Assembly: GCA_951406725.2 (NCBI GenBank)
Contig: OX597821.1
Location: 20,212,001 to 20,276,000 of the forward strand
Source of the DNA: Octopus vulgaris
Taxonomy: Eukaryota
Direction: 5' to 3'
DNA: 64,000 nt
A model generated the notes under the pieces. That model had not been told where the DNA came from. It was given only the letters and a program-made list of their open reading frames with translations, and searched no databases. A program made the translations under genes and the position numbers. The first letter of the stretch is position 1, and each line of letters opens with the position of its first letter. This document shows, in pieces, positions 31,546 to 46,151 of this stretch.

Positions 31546-32169
31546 TATATGGATAGATAGATATACAAAATACAAGTACATATGTATACGTATATATGCA
31601 TGCATGTGTGTTTGTGCGTATGTTATATTTGTATGGTGTGGTATCTATACGCTTTACTAATTATATCCACGTATGCGTCTATAGATTTGAAATTTGAACG
31701 TTGGACATGAAACGGTGATTTGTCGAATATATTTAGAGGAAAGTGGCTGGTTAGCGAAAATATTGAAATATCTCCGTAATTATATGAAGTGAGCCTTAAT
31801 TTCAAGCAAGAAACGCCTTACACACCACAACAGTAAACTAAAACTTACTCTAAGACGACAATATCTGCAGGAATCTCAATTTAGACCTTTTTATTTTCAT
31901 AGCGCAGTAAATGAAAATTCATTTTGGAAGAGAGATCTCGCAAGCTTTATACGAGGGGTACACTACGCATTATAATTTCGGATGTAATGGTGCGGGGCTG
32001 ATTTTGATAAAGTATTGCTAGGGAAAGGGTGTTGCTATATATGTAACCTAACGGAGGTATTTGCTGTGAAAATAATACTGTGATAGCAAAAATGTAGAAA
32101 AGTGAATCATGGCGTTGGGGTTTTTGCGGAGTATATGTGGGGTAATTATATGCTTGTTTAAGTGTGAAG

Positions 32170-32525
32170 GAAGGCTCTTGGCTCATTGGTTAGAGCGTTG
32201 GTCCCACAATCATGAGGTAGTGATTTCGATTCCCGAACTCTCCTGTGTGTTGTGTCCTTGAGCAAGACACTTTATTTCACGTTGCTCCAGCTCATTCAGC
32301 TGCAGAAATGAGTTGTGACGCCACTTATGCCAAGCTGTACCGGCCTTTGCCTTGCCCTTGGATAACATTGGTAGAGGGAAGGCTGCTATGCATGAGCGAC
32401 TCCTGGTCTTCCATGAACAACTTTGCCGAGAGTTATTCCTCGGAGGGGAACTTTCTTGGTCATTCAATGACCAACAATCCCATGGTCATTCATGACCGAA
32501 GAAGGTCTTTACCCTTTACCTTTGA
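32170..32525 (+). mobile_element. tRNA-derived SINE with CORE-like gtccttgagcaagacact segment
   Basis: A-box tggctcattgg and B-box ttcgattcc; related to 54268-54520. Confidence 0.75.
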
Positions 32526-33749
32526 ATGTTTTTGTGGTGATTATGTGATTGTGATTTTATAGTGGATGATGTACAGGAGAAGCAGTAGCGGCGAATTTGT
32601 GTGGGTGATATTAGGATTGTGACGCTGCCGAGGAGCGTTTTTTTATATTCTGAATATGATTTCGAGGAGATATTGCAGGGCGCTGCAGTGACGAAATTCT
32701 TGGTGTTGGTGTTGAGGCTGTTGGTGTTGGTGTCTGGGTGTCGAAGATGGAAGGATGATATTTTCTTGCTGTTAATAACTACCCTTTGCAATAGATGTAG
32801 ATATTTATGGTGTCGGTGTGAGAAACATTCATGTGCGTGGTATGAAGACAAATATATATGTGCAGTGAACATTTAATCAGTGAAAGAGTAAATTAAAGTA
32901 GATCACTGGCAATTCATATATAATATATATAATAAAATATCTCGGTCGATAAAAGAGTATAGCATTTATATTAAACTAAATGCTTGAACACAAACGCACA
33001 CAATCACACAAGATAACACTGTTATAATGTAGACGATGAAGATACGAATTAGGATGAGTGGCTGACATTGATGGAATTTTCCAGCCAGAAAGATGTAAAA
33101 AATATCAGTTATTATATAAACTGAACTGCCAAGTGTATAAATGCCTGAAAAAGCACGGGCGCACGCGTATGATAGGTTATACATCAACGCATATATTATA
33201 TACACATATGTATATAAATAGTATAGTCTACTGTATATTAAGTACAGTCATTTCTTTGCTACATTCATTTCTATCTAAATCACGATTCATCAATGTAATA
33301 ATGAATGTTTATTACATATCAAAAGATCTTTATACGGAAGTCACCCATGTAGACAGAAAGGAACGGCAAATTGATACGAAGCGAAACAGTAAAGGAATTA
33401 GAAATCAAAGGAAGAGAAAATAAAGTATAGCCATCGTGTCATGAAAGGTGGCGAGTAAATGATGAATACCCATATGCACCCCTGAGGACAGTTTTGAAAA
33501 AAAACAACTTTTTGGAAGTTTAACATATAACCATCTGTATTAGTTCTGTTGATAGATAACACGTACTAAGCTTGCGGATCTAACGGTAATACAATCGAAC
33601 AACTTAAAACGTGATCATGATTTAACTGCGCACAATTCAAAACTATGTATGATTATGATATTATAGAGATATGAAAAATACCGAGGAATGAGGTGGGTGT
33701 GAAGTAAGCACTCTAAAATTATAAGTTAAGTGTGAAATGTTTAAGATTG

Positions 33750-34410
33750 AAGAAATATTAGGACAGGAGTGAATATATATATGTATGGATTAATATGAAG
33801 TGACTTGTTGTGGGGACAGAGTAATATTGTGTGGTATGGGGTTGTGTTTAAGTGGTTGTGATGAGCCTGATATGTCGCATGGAGGTTACAGATTGGTAAA
33901 GGTAAGGATTTGAAATGAGAACGAGATTAATTGAGCTTGTGGTGTCTACCTACGAGTGGAAATGGAACGCGAGTTGTCTGTGAACGAAGTTGCGGTAAAG
34001 GAATAGGAAAATATTAGGCTTTTTATCTCTGAGATGTGATGGTTGGGAGATTTGAAAGCTTACACGCTAGTAAAATGGAGCTTGCCGAAACAAGAGTAGA
34101 TATACTCAAAAAGATGCTGTATTTCAGTAATGAGACGAGAACTTGAGCCAGAGTAACTGAAAGTATTGTTATTTATATGATTTAAATTCAAAGGAAGATG
34201 GGGTTAGATAAGGAGAGTGGAGTAAATCTAGACACTACTTTTTTTTAATGGAAAGTCGGGTACAAAGTGTAGCATGGACAGTGAAGAATATGTACGAATA
34301 AGGGTTGATATAAATCCATTTGAGAGAGAAATATCTTCAAACTTTTGAGGATTTTCAGTGGGAAAGTTTACTTTTGCATGTATGGCTTTCAATAGATTGA
34401 ACGAAGATAT
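33750..34410 (-). pseudogene. Possible decayed Penelope RT-thumb/linker remnant
   Basis: LSNGFISTLI and LHSPYL weakly resemble the PLE NGYP and LPY motifs. Confidence 0.3.
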
Positions 34411-34536
34411 GCACATACAGATACTCAGACTAACACAAACACATACATACACACACAAACAAACACGCATATATGTATACACACACAAATAAACATCACT
34501 AACATATGTAATGTATTTATGGAAATCATATATTAT

Positions 34537-34926
34537 TTTCTACTCTAGGCGCAAGGCCCGAAATTTTGGAGGAAGAGGCCAGTTGAATAAACCCCGTACG
34601 CAACTGGTACTTAATTTATGGACCCTGAGCAGATGAAATGCAAAGTCGACCTCGGTAAAATTTGAAATCAGAAAGCAATGACAGACAAAATACCTTTTAT
34701 TTTACTACCCACAAGGGGTTAAACACAGAAAGGACAAACAAGGACAGACAAACGGATTAAGTCGATTATATCGAGCCCGGTGCGTTACTGATACTTTATT
34801 TATCGATCCCGAAAGGATGAAAAGCAAAGTCGACCTCCGCGGAATATGAACTCAGAACGTAATGGCAGATGAAATACAGCTACGCATTTCGACCGGCGTG
34901 CTAACAATTCTGCCAGCTCGCCGCCT
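34537..34926 (-). mobile_element. Dimeric family-2 SINE
   Basis: Two tandem copies of the caaagtcgacctc..gaactcagaa core; head ggcggcgagctggcagaa on the minus strand. Confidence 0.85.
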
Positions 34927-35357
34927 TTGGAAATAATATATCATTTATACATGTAGCCTCACCACAAAAAATTTCATCAGCGAAAAATTGAAAAGATCTT
35001 CAATAGATAAGAGTGATATTACATTCTTTTACATTTCATACATCATTTGCATTATCTCAGATATTACTAAGTTGAAAACCTCTACTTTATTTAATTATAT
35101 CAGACGGAATAAATCATTAATAGTATACAGTCGTATGCATAATTATACAAGGTTGATGACCGGGATTTCATAACAGAGTTTCTTGTCATTTTGTTTTTGT
35201 TAGCAATGTTGTTGTGAATGATTATGTATACAGAGTATCAGCCGCAATATGTTTAATAAACATTTATCCTGTCTCGTTGTATAATCCGTTACTGAATTAA
35301 TGTATTTTTTTGTAGCTTACTCAATTTCTATGAGCTTCTTTACTCATATCAACATTT

Positions 35358-35503
35358 TGCTAGGAATACGATATATCTTGGAATGTGCACGCATATGTAT
35401 GTACACAAACATGAATATATATGCATGTATATATATATACATACATATATATATGTTTGTGTACATACATGTGCGTGCACATTCCAAGATATATCGTATT
35501 CCT

Positions 35504-35507
<4 letters not shown>
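35358..35507. repeat. Near-perfect 150-bp palindrome centred on (TA)n
   Basis: tgctaggaatacgatatatcttggaatgtgcacgca and its exact reverse complement ending at 35507; a few internal mismatches. Confidence 0.9.
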
Positions 35508-35564
<57 letters not shown>

Positions 35565-35639
35565 GTATGTATATATATATAATTGTTAATGAGTACAACA
35601 CACGTTAAGGCAAGACAAACACCGCAAGTCATATACGTT

Positions 35640-37795
35640 ATTATTACTTGAAAACTTAGAAGAGCAAAAGTGGGACGATATCAAGTTAGAAGATCTGCTC
35701 TCAGGAAGTCAAGGAAATGGAAGTCTCTAGGAAAGGTTAAAATTACAAAATACTGGTTGAATTCCTTCCGAGAGAGCCATGAACTGCTAGCAAAACTTTA
35801 GAACAATGTTTTGCAACAACCTAGTATGATTTCCCCTTGGCTTGGTACTGGTGTAACATTCCTATTTCCAAAAAAAGAAGAAACTCATGAACCAAAACAT
35901 GATAGACCCATAACCTACTTAATAACAATGTATAAAATGCGAACATCTATCATCATTAAATATACATATAGTTTTTAATCTGAAGTGGCATATTCCCTAA
36001 TGAGCAAAAAGCATGTAAACGTAGGTTCTATGTTTTTAAAGATCAGCTATTCATCAATAAGATGATCTTGAAAGATTGAAACAAAATCTTGTCGATAGCC
36101 TGGATAAACTATAAAAATGTTCCAGAAATGTCTGGAAAATCGTAGAATATCACGTACTCTGCGAAACTTCTTGTCTATAAGTATAAGATCATGGAGAATC
36201 ACACTGACTTTGAACAGCGACAATGAATCTCTTAATGCTGGAGATCTAAGAATTTCATGTGGCATTTTCCAGGGTGACTCTTTATCACCACTCATCTTTA
36301 GTGAAGCCTTAATACTTCTCCAGAAATCTCAGTGATTTACAATGATGTTATAAAATGTTTGATAAAAATATAAATTATCATTTACATGGATGATTTAAAG
36401 CTCTTTGCAAAAAAATGACCAACTACTACAGGTCTTACTAGCGATTGTTAAACAACTCAGTGATGACATCAGGATGCAATTTAGCCTCGACCAACGTGCA
36501 AAAGCTTCCTTTATCATAGGAAAAATGGCAGAAGCATCCAGTGTTAATCTTAACCAGCAGAACGTCATAAAGGGATTAGAACCAACGAAGAGCTACAAAT
36601 ACCGAGGCGTATTTCAAGGAGACGGAATCAAACATTCAGTGATGAGAGAAAGTATCAGAAGAAAGTGTTATCGCAGGGTAAGGGCAATACACAAGGCAGA
36701 GGTGAATGCAAGAAATAGGATCGAAGCGCTCAATACTTTAGCCTTACCACTTGTGATTTACAGTTTCAATATCATTAACTGGTCAATTACTGAAACATGT
36801 AATCTTAACAGACAAATACGAAAATCATTGACAAGGCATAGAATGCATCAACCTGATGCAGATATAGAACGACTTTACCTACGAAGAAAAGAGGGTGGCT
36901 GTGAACATTTACAACTAGAATTAACAATGAAAATTGCCACAATTGGCCTAGACACCTACCTGAAAAACTCTGATGACTGGATGTTAAAACTTGTCTCAAA
37001 GCATGGAAATAAGAAAACATCATACTCAGTAACAAAACAGACAGAGGAATATCTAAGTGAATTCTAAATACATCGAATTCCAGAATTAGATGTACTAGAA
37101 GCAAGCACAGAAAAAGCTAAGGCGTATGAAAGCCCGTGCTAAAACTGCTGCCTTAGATATTCTTATTGATAAATGGCAAGAAAAATCTCTCAATGGTAAA
37201 TACCCAAAGAAAGTTAATAGTGCCGATGTTGACAAAGCCCTAACCCATCAGTGATTAGTGATTTCTGGTTTAAAATCAGAAACGGAAAGGTTTATCATAG
37301 CAGACAAGATTAATGCCTACCTACAAGAAAATCCCAGGCCAACATATTAAAGTACGGCAGTAACTCAACATGTCGTGTATGTCAACAACAAAATGACATC
37401 ATTGATCATGTTGTCTCCAAGTGCAGTATTCTTGTGTATCTCAACAGGCATGATAGAGCAGCACAGTATAATCACTGGGTAATTCCTAAAAAGCAGGACC
37501 TGACCCATGATAAAAAATGGCGAGAACACAAACCACCTCCACTGCTTGTAAATGATCACATCTCACTCCCATATCCTACGTAAAATAATGTCTATGTAAT
37601 ATCAAATTTTAAAACAAACTCATAATTTTCTTATCTTTTCTTAAACATCCCCTAGAACAATACTACGTGCAAAACTATATATGTGACACCCTAGGCATAA
37701 TAACCCCATGAACTTTTAAATTGTTGTCTCTTGATGTCTGTGGTTGAGACTTGGAGCCAAATTGTACAAATACAGAGCAAAAGTCAAAGAGATAA
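35640..37795 (+). mobile_element. Decayed R4/Dong-clade LINE with internal deletion in the RLE region
   Basis: GIFQGDSLSPLIF, YMDDLKL, HQPDADIERLYL and RHDR motifs with stops and frameshifts; 3' UTR like 21394-21597; (TAA)n tail. Confidence 0.9.
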
Positions 37796-37902
37796 TAATA
37801 ATAATAATACCAACAACAACAACAACAACAACAATAATGATAATAATAATAATAATAATAATGATAATAATACCAACAACAACAACAACAACAACAACAA
37901 TG

Positions 37903-38005
<103 letters not shown>

Positions 38006-38014
38006 AAGAAGAAG

Positions 38015-39811
38015 ATGATCTCTCCTGTCGTCTCAAAATTCTTAGAGAATAGCATGACCATGTGGAACACACGTCTCTTTCTAAGCCATAGTAATGGGAT
38101 GAGCCAGTCCAACAGCATCAACATCAAACGAGGCATCTTTCAAGGTGACTCCCTCTCTCCATTACTTTTTTGCATGGCACTGAACCCACTCTCAAACGAA
38201 TTGGATAGTACCAGATATGGGTACAAAGTTTTTAGTAAGTTAATAAACCACCTTTTCTATATGGACGACCTAAAGCTGTTTGTCAGGAATGACCAAGTGC
38301 TAGAAGGGCTGCTAACAACTGTTAAAGAGTTTAGCAATGATATCGGAATGGATTTTGGCCTTGATAAGTGTGCTAAAGCAACTTTTGTAAGAGGCAAGCT
38401 CAGGCAAACAGCTTCTGTTAAATTAGATATTGACACTACCATCAAGGAACTTGACCCACAAGAAAGTTACAAATACCTAGGAATCAACGAAGGAGATGGT
38501 ATACATCATGCTACTATGAAGGAAAAAATAAGAAAGGAATACTATAGGAGAATAAGGCTTGTACTGAAGACTGAACTCAACTCCAAAAATTGCATTGAGG
38601 CCATTAACACCCTGGCGCTTCCAGTAGTCCAGTACAGTTTTAACATCATTAACTGGAACCTTACGGAACTCCAACGCTTGGACAGGAAGACAAGAAAATT
38701 ACTGACATCCAAGAGCATGCACCACCCTAAGGCAGATGTAGACCGCCTGTACCTACCTAGAAGCAGCGGGGGGAGAGGAATGATGCAATTAGAGCTGTGC
38801 TATAAGACCTCTACTGTAGGAATGAACAGGTACCTATCTAGTACAAAGGACTGGATGCTGCGACTTGTGTGCGAACACGAAAGCAGCAAAAAACTGCATT
38901 CTATTGTCAAGGAAGCCTATAAGTTCGAAAGGGAACTAGACATTAACCTTGAATCAGATGAAGAGCCGGAAACCACTGCTACCAAGCAAGCAAAGCGAAT
39001 CAAGCAGACTGCAAAAAAGAACGGGCAGAATCAAATTGAGAGGCGGTGGAGCCAGAAGCCCCTGCATGGACAATATATTCTCCGAAGCCAAAATGCTGAT
39101 GTAGACCAAGCAACAACCCATCAGTGGCTGAAGAGCTCTGGATTGAAAGCAGAGACTGAAGGCTTCATAATGGCAGCACAAGATCAAAGCTTGTTTACCA
39201 GAAATTACCAGGCTAACGTTCTCCGAAACGGTACTGACCCTAAATGCAGATTCTGCGATACATTTGACGAAACGATAGACCATCTCGTTTCGGAATGTCC
39301 TGTGCTGACACCAAACGAATACAAAAATCGCCACGATAGGGTAGGACAGTATATACATTGGAAGATATGTAAATACTACAAATTCGACACTCCTGCTAAC
39401 TGGTATGAACACCATCCTCAGCCAGTTGTTGAAGGTAAGGATGTCACCATCCTCTGGGATTTTCCAGTCAACACTGACAGAACGATCAAGGCTAATCGAC
39501 CAGACATAATTATTAAAGACAGGGAAGAAAATACCTGCAGACTAATAGAGGTAAGCATCCCCACTGATAAAAATGTATCTGTAAAGGAATTTGACAAACT
39601 TAGTAAATATAAGGACCTGGAAATCGAAATACAAAAGATGTGGAATCTTAAAACAAAAACTGTTCCTGTTAATGTAGGTGCCCTAGGTATGATAAAAAAG
39701 GGATGTCAGAAACACCTAGACAATATCCCTGGAGAACTATGTCTCAAGGAGATCCAAAAGATTGTGCTAACAAGTACTGCCCACATCCTTAGAAAAACCC
39801 TATCAATGTAA
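38015..39811 (+). CDS. R4/Dong-clade non-LTR retrotransposon ORF, 5'-truncated (RT C-half, CCHC, restriction-like endonuclease)
   Basis: 598-aa uninterrupted ORF with RGIFQGDSLSPLLF, YMDD, CRFC..TIDHLVSEC, RHD and RPDII..IEVSIP..KLSKY. The 3' UTR runs to about 39962 and is followed by (TAA)n. Confidence 0.92.
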   Translation: MISPVVSKFLENSMTMWNTRLFLSHSNGMSQSNSINIKRGIFQGDSLSPLLFCMALNPLSNELDSTRYGYKVFSKLINHLFYMDDLKLFVRNDQVLEGLLTTVKEFSNDIGMDFGLDKCAKATFVRGKLRQTASVKLDIDTTIKELDPQESYKYLGINEGDGIHHATMKEKIRKEYYRRIRLVLKTELNSKNCIEAINTLALPVVQYSFNIINWNLTELQRLDRKTRKLLTSKSMHHPKADVDRLYLPRSSGGRGMMQLELCYKTSTVGMNRYLSSTKDWMLRLVCEHESSKKLHSIVKEAYKFERELDINLESDEEPETTATKQAKRIKQTAKKNGQNQIERRWSQKPLHGQYILRSQNADVDQATTHQWLKSSGLKAETEGFIMAAQDQSLFTRNYQANVLRNGTDPKCRFCDTFDETIDHLVSECPVLTPNEYKNRHDRVGQYIHWKICKYYKFDTPANWYEHHPQPVVEGKDVTILWDFPVNTDRTIKANRPDIIIKDREENTCRLIEVSIPTDKNVSVKEFDKLSKYKDLEIEIQKMWNLKTKTVPVNVGALGMIKKGCQKHLDNIPGELCLKEIQKIVLTSTAHILRKTLSM

Positions 39812-39965
39812 ATGTTTGTGTTTGTATTACATGGAGATATTTCTCTACTTCCCCTCCCCAAGCTTTCAGCTATATTTCAACAACTCTTAACCTTCACTTG
39901 CCCTAGGGCGCTGGGTGTGCCCCGGCAAGTGATTTCATCAAACATGCAGATTAAAATTAAATGAC

Positions 39966-40027
<62 letters not shown>

Positions 40028-40224
40028 TAATAATAATAATATTAAGTCGATTACGTCGACCTCAGTACTCAGCTGGTACTTATTTTATCGATGCCGAAAT
40101 GATGAAAAGCAACGTTGAGCTCGGCGGGATTTCAACTCAGAACGGCGTGCTAACGATTCTGCCAGCTCACCAATTTAATAATAATAATAATAATAATGAT
40201 GATAATAATGATGATAATAATAAT

Positions 40225-40255
<31 letters not shown>

Positions 40256-40784
40256 TATATACATGTATGTATGTGTCGGTATATAAATCTTTGCGTGTAT
40301 GAATAGGCATATGTAGGTATAATTTTCTGTGTTAGTGTGTGCGAGTTGAGTTCGGATGTGTATGCGCATATGCTAGCTCATATATGTTTTTAGAAAAGTT
40401 GTAATAGTTTCCAGTGTATATCATTTACAATAATGATTCATTTCTATAATTCAACAATAGCATGAATAACAACATTTGACTCGCATAAAAAAGACAAAAA
40501 CAAAAATACAACCAACTAAATCGAATCTGTTCTTTTCATTTATATATATATATTAAAAAAAACTTTTATTATTAAACATAGCCGACTACGTATTCAAACT
40601 GACAGACACACTAAGAATTGGTAAAATTCCTGCAAGTACTAGCTGCTTCTATGCACTGCGATCTTGCGTGCTTATATTATTTAATCAGTACTTAATTCAT
40701 GGAAACACTTAAGCGATTACGAAGCAGTTGTATCTACAGCACAAACGTTCAATGGTTTGGGTACATTTTAATAGGATGTACACG

Positions 40785-40851
<67 letters not shown>

Positions 40852-41314
40852 CCAAAAAATTAAATAAACACTGCAACGTAGTCTATGGATGTGTATTTAT
40901 GAATGTGCATGTGTATAAATATATACCTACGCACGCACACACAAACATACACACTCACACACACATACACAGATATATTCACCTATATACAAATACATAT
41001 ACTCACAAATATAGATGAGTGTGAGCGCGTATGTATAAGGTATGTATATAAGTACAAATGTGTATGTGTGCATGTGTGTTTTAGTGTGTGTACACAATAA
41101 CAACGTCAGTTCTATCTTGTTTTCACCTCAGTGCAGTTGCCAAAGTTGATTTGTTAGATAATTTGCGTTCATCTACTTTAATCTTGTTACATTTACTGCA
41201 TGTACATTTTCTATATAGCCATTCATACTTCTGGACATACACGCGAAAACGATTAGATAGGCGCGTGTAACAGCACACAAAATTGCATATATATATACAT
41301 ATATACATATATAC

Positions 41315-41391
<77 letters not shown>

Positions 41392-41469
41392 TAGATAGAT
41401 AGATAGATACCTACATACATACACATATATTTATACATAGATATATGTACATGTATATATAAATATATC

Positions 41470-41536
<67 letters not shown>

Positions 41537-41731
41537 TTATGCATGTATATGAATGCGTGAGTGTGTGTGTTTGTTTACATGTGTGTACGTGTGCATCTAT
41601 ATGTTTTATCGTCTGTGTATGCTAACAGAATTCCTTATATATGTAGATTGTATGCATTTGCACACACACATAGACACAGATACATATGTATATATATATG
41701 CATACACACGTGTATATATGTTTGTATGCAC

Positions 41732-41787
<56 letters not shown>

Positions 41788-42235
41788 GTATGTATATATA
41801 TATATATGTATGTATGTATGTATGTATATATATATATATATATATACATATATATATGTATGTATACATATATACATATATATATAATATTTGTATGCAA
41901 ATATATATATATATACGTTATATTCTACTTTGTTTCCCCGATACTTTACTTCTCTGAGCATGTCATGCGCCTGACGATTTTGGCAGGTTTCCCAATATAT
42001 AACATTTAATGCTTATGGACGGGCAATCTTATAACACAAGCAGCTCATACACATGCATGCTTATAATAATGAATTCATCCAACATTTTACAATGTAGCCA
42101 CAGAGATACTGTAGTGTATTTAAAATCTTGGATCCAAGATCGATACCTACATCAAACAAGTTGGATTAGTTCATTCATATTCTAAGCAGACCAAGAATTG
42201 ACCTCATCATTCTTTACGTAATACTACACAAAAGT

Positions 42236-42608
42236 GTGGGTGGAAGCACTCCGTCGGTTACGACGATGAGGGTTCCGGTTGATCCGATCAACGGAACAGC
42301 CTGCTCGTGAAATTAACGTGTAAGTGGCTGAACACTCCACAGCCACGTGTACCCTTAACGTAGTTCTCGGGGATATTCAGCGTGACACAGAGAGTGACAA
42401 GGCCGGCCCTTTGAAATACAGGTACAACAGAAACAGGAAGTAAGAGTGAGAGAAAGTTGTGGTGAAAGAGTACAGCAGGGATCACCACCATCCCCTGCCG
42501 GAGCCTCGTGGAGATTTAGGTGTTTTTGCTCAATAAACACTCACAACGCCCGGTCTGGGAATCGGAACCGCGAGTCCGCTGCCCTAACCACTGGGCCATT
42601 GCGCCTCC
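42236..42608 (-). mobile_element. tRNA-derived SINE, family 1, with 13-bp TSD
   Basis: Head ggaggcgcaatggcccagtggttaggg on the minus strand; TSD actacacaaaagt at 42223-42235 and 42609-42621. Confidence 0.9.
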
Positions 42609-42832
42609 ACTACACAAAAGTACGTAAAGTTGTCGAGCTGGTAGACTTGTTACCGCAACGATCAAAATTCTTAACGGCCTTTCGTCTATGGTTACATTCT
42701 AAGTTCACGTCCTGCCAAGGTTTTGTGTTTCATCCCCTGCAGTTCAGCACTGGAGACGATGTAATCGACGTAACCTCTCCCCAAAATTTACTGGCTCCCT
42801 ACCTAAATTTGAAACCAATATTACAGAAGAAT

Positions 42833-43243
42833 CTTTTACTCTTTTACTTGTTTCAATCATTTGACTGCGGCCATGCTGGAGCACCGCCTTTAGTCGGGCA
42901 AATCGACCCCGGGACTTATTCTTTGTAAGCCCAGTACTTATTCTATCGGTCTCTTTTGCCGAACCGCTAAATGACGGGTACGTAAACACACCAGCATCGT
43001 TTGTCAAGCAATGCTAGGGGGACAAACACACACACACACAAACACACACATACATATACATATATATATACATATATACGACAGGCTTCTTTCAGTTTCC
43101 ATCTACCAAATCCACTCACAAGGCATTGGTCGGCCCGAGGCTATAGCAGAAGACACTTGCCCAAGATGCCACGCAGTGGGACTGAACCCGGAACCATGTG
43201 GTTGGTTAGCAAGCTACTTACCACACAGCCACTCCTGCGCCTA
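42833..43243 (-). mobile_element. tRNA/CORE-like SINE, family 3, with internal (CA)/(TA) tract
   Basis: Head ggcgcaggagtggctgtgtggtaag..ggttcagtccc and cttgggcaag; related to 57085-59745 and 60575-60920. Confidence 0.85.
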
Positions 43244-43571
43244 TGTTTAAAAATAAAAATGCTGAAGAGTATGTAAAATTTATTTTGGACAGGAATATGG
43301 AATAAGTAATCTCTCATTGTAAACAGAATTCGTCAAACTTCAATCAAATATGTAAATACTAAAACACATAATGAAATCTGGTTTGTGTTTGTTGCACCTC
43401 CAGTCATAATGGCGGTTGCTGTTCCTGTCAGACAGTAAGGTGAATATCACATTTTTTTCTTTGATGTATCCATTGTTTGAATTTGCATATCCAGCACCCA
43501 TAATTGCTTTACAACAAACAGTACGTGCTACATTTTCACCTCAGAAAATTAGACTGACATACTTCACCCTA

Positions 43572-43697
<126 letters not shown>

Positions 43698-43909
43698 TTA
43701 TAGCTAGGACACAACAAAAACAAAACTACACAAACTGCAGATGCTTCAGATCTTCAGATATTACCTCTATTATTTTAACCTTTGTTGTGTATAATTAATA
43801 CACGCTCCTTCGGAAATGCTACCCTATCCTTCAAAGCATGTGTTGGCCAAAGACCAGGCACTCAGTGTTATTAATGAAGTGATATCGATGTCTCTTAATA
43901 TGTGTCAGG

Positions 43910-44125
43910 AAAAGGGCAGTGTGCTGGCAGGATCGTTAGCAAGCTGGATGAAATACTTATCGGTATTTCGTCCATCTTTACACTCTAAGTTCAAATTCCG
44001 CCGCGGTCGATTTTGCTTTGCATCTTTTGGAGATGATAAAATGTATACTATTTAAGCACTAGGGATCAATGTAAACATTTAGACCCTGCCCCAAAAGGGC
44101 TCACCTTGTGTCAAAATTTGAAACC
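43910..44125 (+). mobile_element. SINE, family 2
   Basis: gctggcaggatcgttagc..ttcaaattccgccgcggtcgattttgc. Confidence 0.7.
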
Positions 44126-45414
44126 ATTGTATGTCATGATTTCACCCACCTAGTTTCAAAATTAAACCGGCACGTAAGAATACGTGACATCATTTGTTCA
44201 TCAAATTATGAACACGATTCGCCAAAATATAACTCTGCTACGTTTCTTCGTCAGCATATAGACTCTCCGTTACATAACTTCTCTACATTTCAATGGTTCA
44301 TCAACATATAACACTTGGTCAACATATATCTTTACGTCAAATGTAACTCTTGGTCAACACATAACTTTATGTCAACTCTTCTATGTTTGCATGGTTCAGC
44401 AACTGTTTTAACACACGATTGTCATGATGCGAACATCGCGACTGGCAGCTTCTTGACGGGTGAAAGCTCCGCTGTGTGTCAGCATGCAAGACATATTCTT
44501 CTAAGAATATGCTCGGTTTTCCTTTCAAAAATTTTTCACGACTTTCGTGATAGGAGTTTACAAGTACGCAAAAATAAGTATCTTATAATCAACTATACCT
44601 CTTTTAACAAGCATTCCGTCATATTTGCCAGTTAAATGGTCTGTAATGGCCTAGCTAACACCCACCTGCTTCATGATTGTGCATGTGTCTGCGTGCGTCT
44701 GTGCGTGTGTGAGTGTGTGTGCAGTGTACGTGTGTGCGTGAGTGCATGTTGCAGAGAAGCATAAAGGATCATTCAATACCGTTCCTTGATGAAGAAATGT
44801 TTATCAGTGACTTCCATAAGTCACTGACAAACAAGACAAATAAGTTACTATAAAACTCATCCTTAGAAAATTTTACAAGCACACATACCCTTTTATAAAC
44901 GTGAAGTCTGAGTACGTGCACTTGTAAGAAGTTGTCGGCAGAATATACATCAAATATCTAACAACGAATAATTGCCAAAATGCGTTTTATTATTTCTGTG
45001 TGTTAACTAAAATTTCTACTACAATCAACAGGTTTTTCAGAAACCATTTGGAATGGTTTATTCAAATTTTCTCTTCATTTTCCTATTGAATTATCGATGA
45101 CGTTTTGTGTTCAACTTCCACTTTCTACTCTAGCAATGACTTTCTAGCAATGACAATATCAAATTAATTTTCAGAAACTCAAAGTAATGAGTCATTGGTG
45201 TGTCATAATTGTAACAACATCTAATATTAGCAATTCACTTTATTGTGTTTTCCAGTTATACGTATTAAACATGGGGAACCAACAAAAAATAGCTATAATA
45301 AAAGTTTCATCCACCTCTAATATTATGTTCATTATTTATGTCGTAGACGGATACGCGTCTTAAACGTAAGATAGAATTCCACACGCACTGTCTTTCACTA
45401 TATATGTATATGTG

Positions 45415-45488
<74 letters not shown>

Positions 45489-45610
45489 CATATATATAAC
45501 GCATCGAAGCACGTATAAAGCTATAAATACTAGCATTTAAATACTGGGTTAAAACTTTTGGATATATATATATATACACATCTATATACCCACCTACGTA
45601 CATACGTTGT

Positions 45611-45702
<92 letters not shown>

Positions 45703-46072
45703 CATGTGTTTCGCTGTGTGTATGCTATAATCATCATACTTAAACAAAAATGTAGATGGTACTAAAAATTTGAAGGTGTGCGTTAAAATTAGAAGGAAGA
45801 AATTGGTCTCTGTGGAATAATGAAAGTGATAGTGGAAAAAGTCATGAAATATGTCAAAGTAAGAATTTACTGTCGACATTAGTGATTAGAGGCACAACTC
45901 CGTACATTATCATCGCTGCGCGTATCGACGAATACATAGAGAGAAGACGTACGCGCACTCAGCCTCACACACACACGCTAGCTTGCTCGCATAAACACAT
46001 GTATATCAGATATACAGATGTGTGAGTGGATATGCCACAAACGCACGAACATATAAGACACAGACCCTCACA

Positions 46073-46151
<79 letters not shown>

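Noticed and set aside
40728-42009. Many overlapping YI/CV/TH-repeat ORFs
   Set aside because: (TA)n, (TG)n and (TATG)n tracts simply lack stop codons.
44782-44832. TTGATGA followed by a 15-bp hairpin
   Set aside because: No GAAA, stem III or closing stem I follows, so it is only an isolated hairpin.
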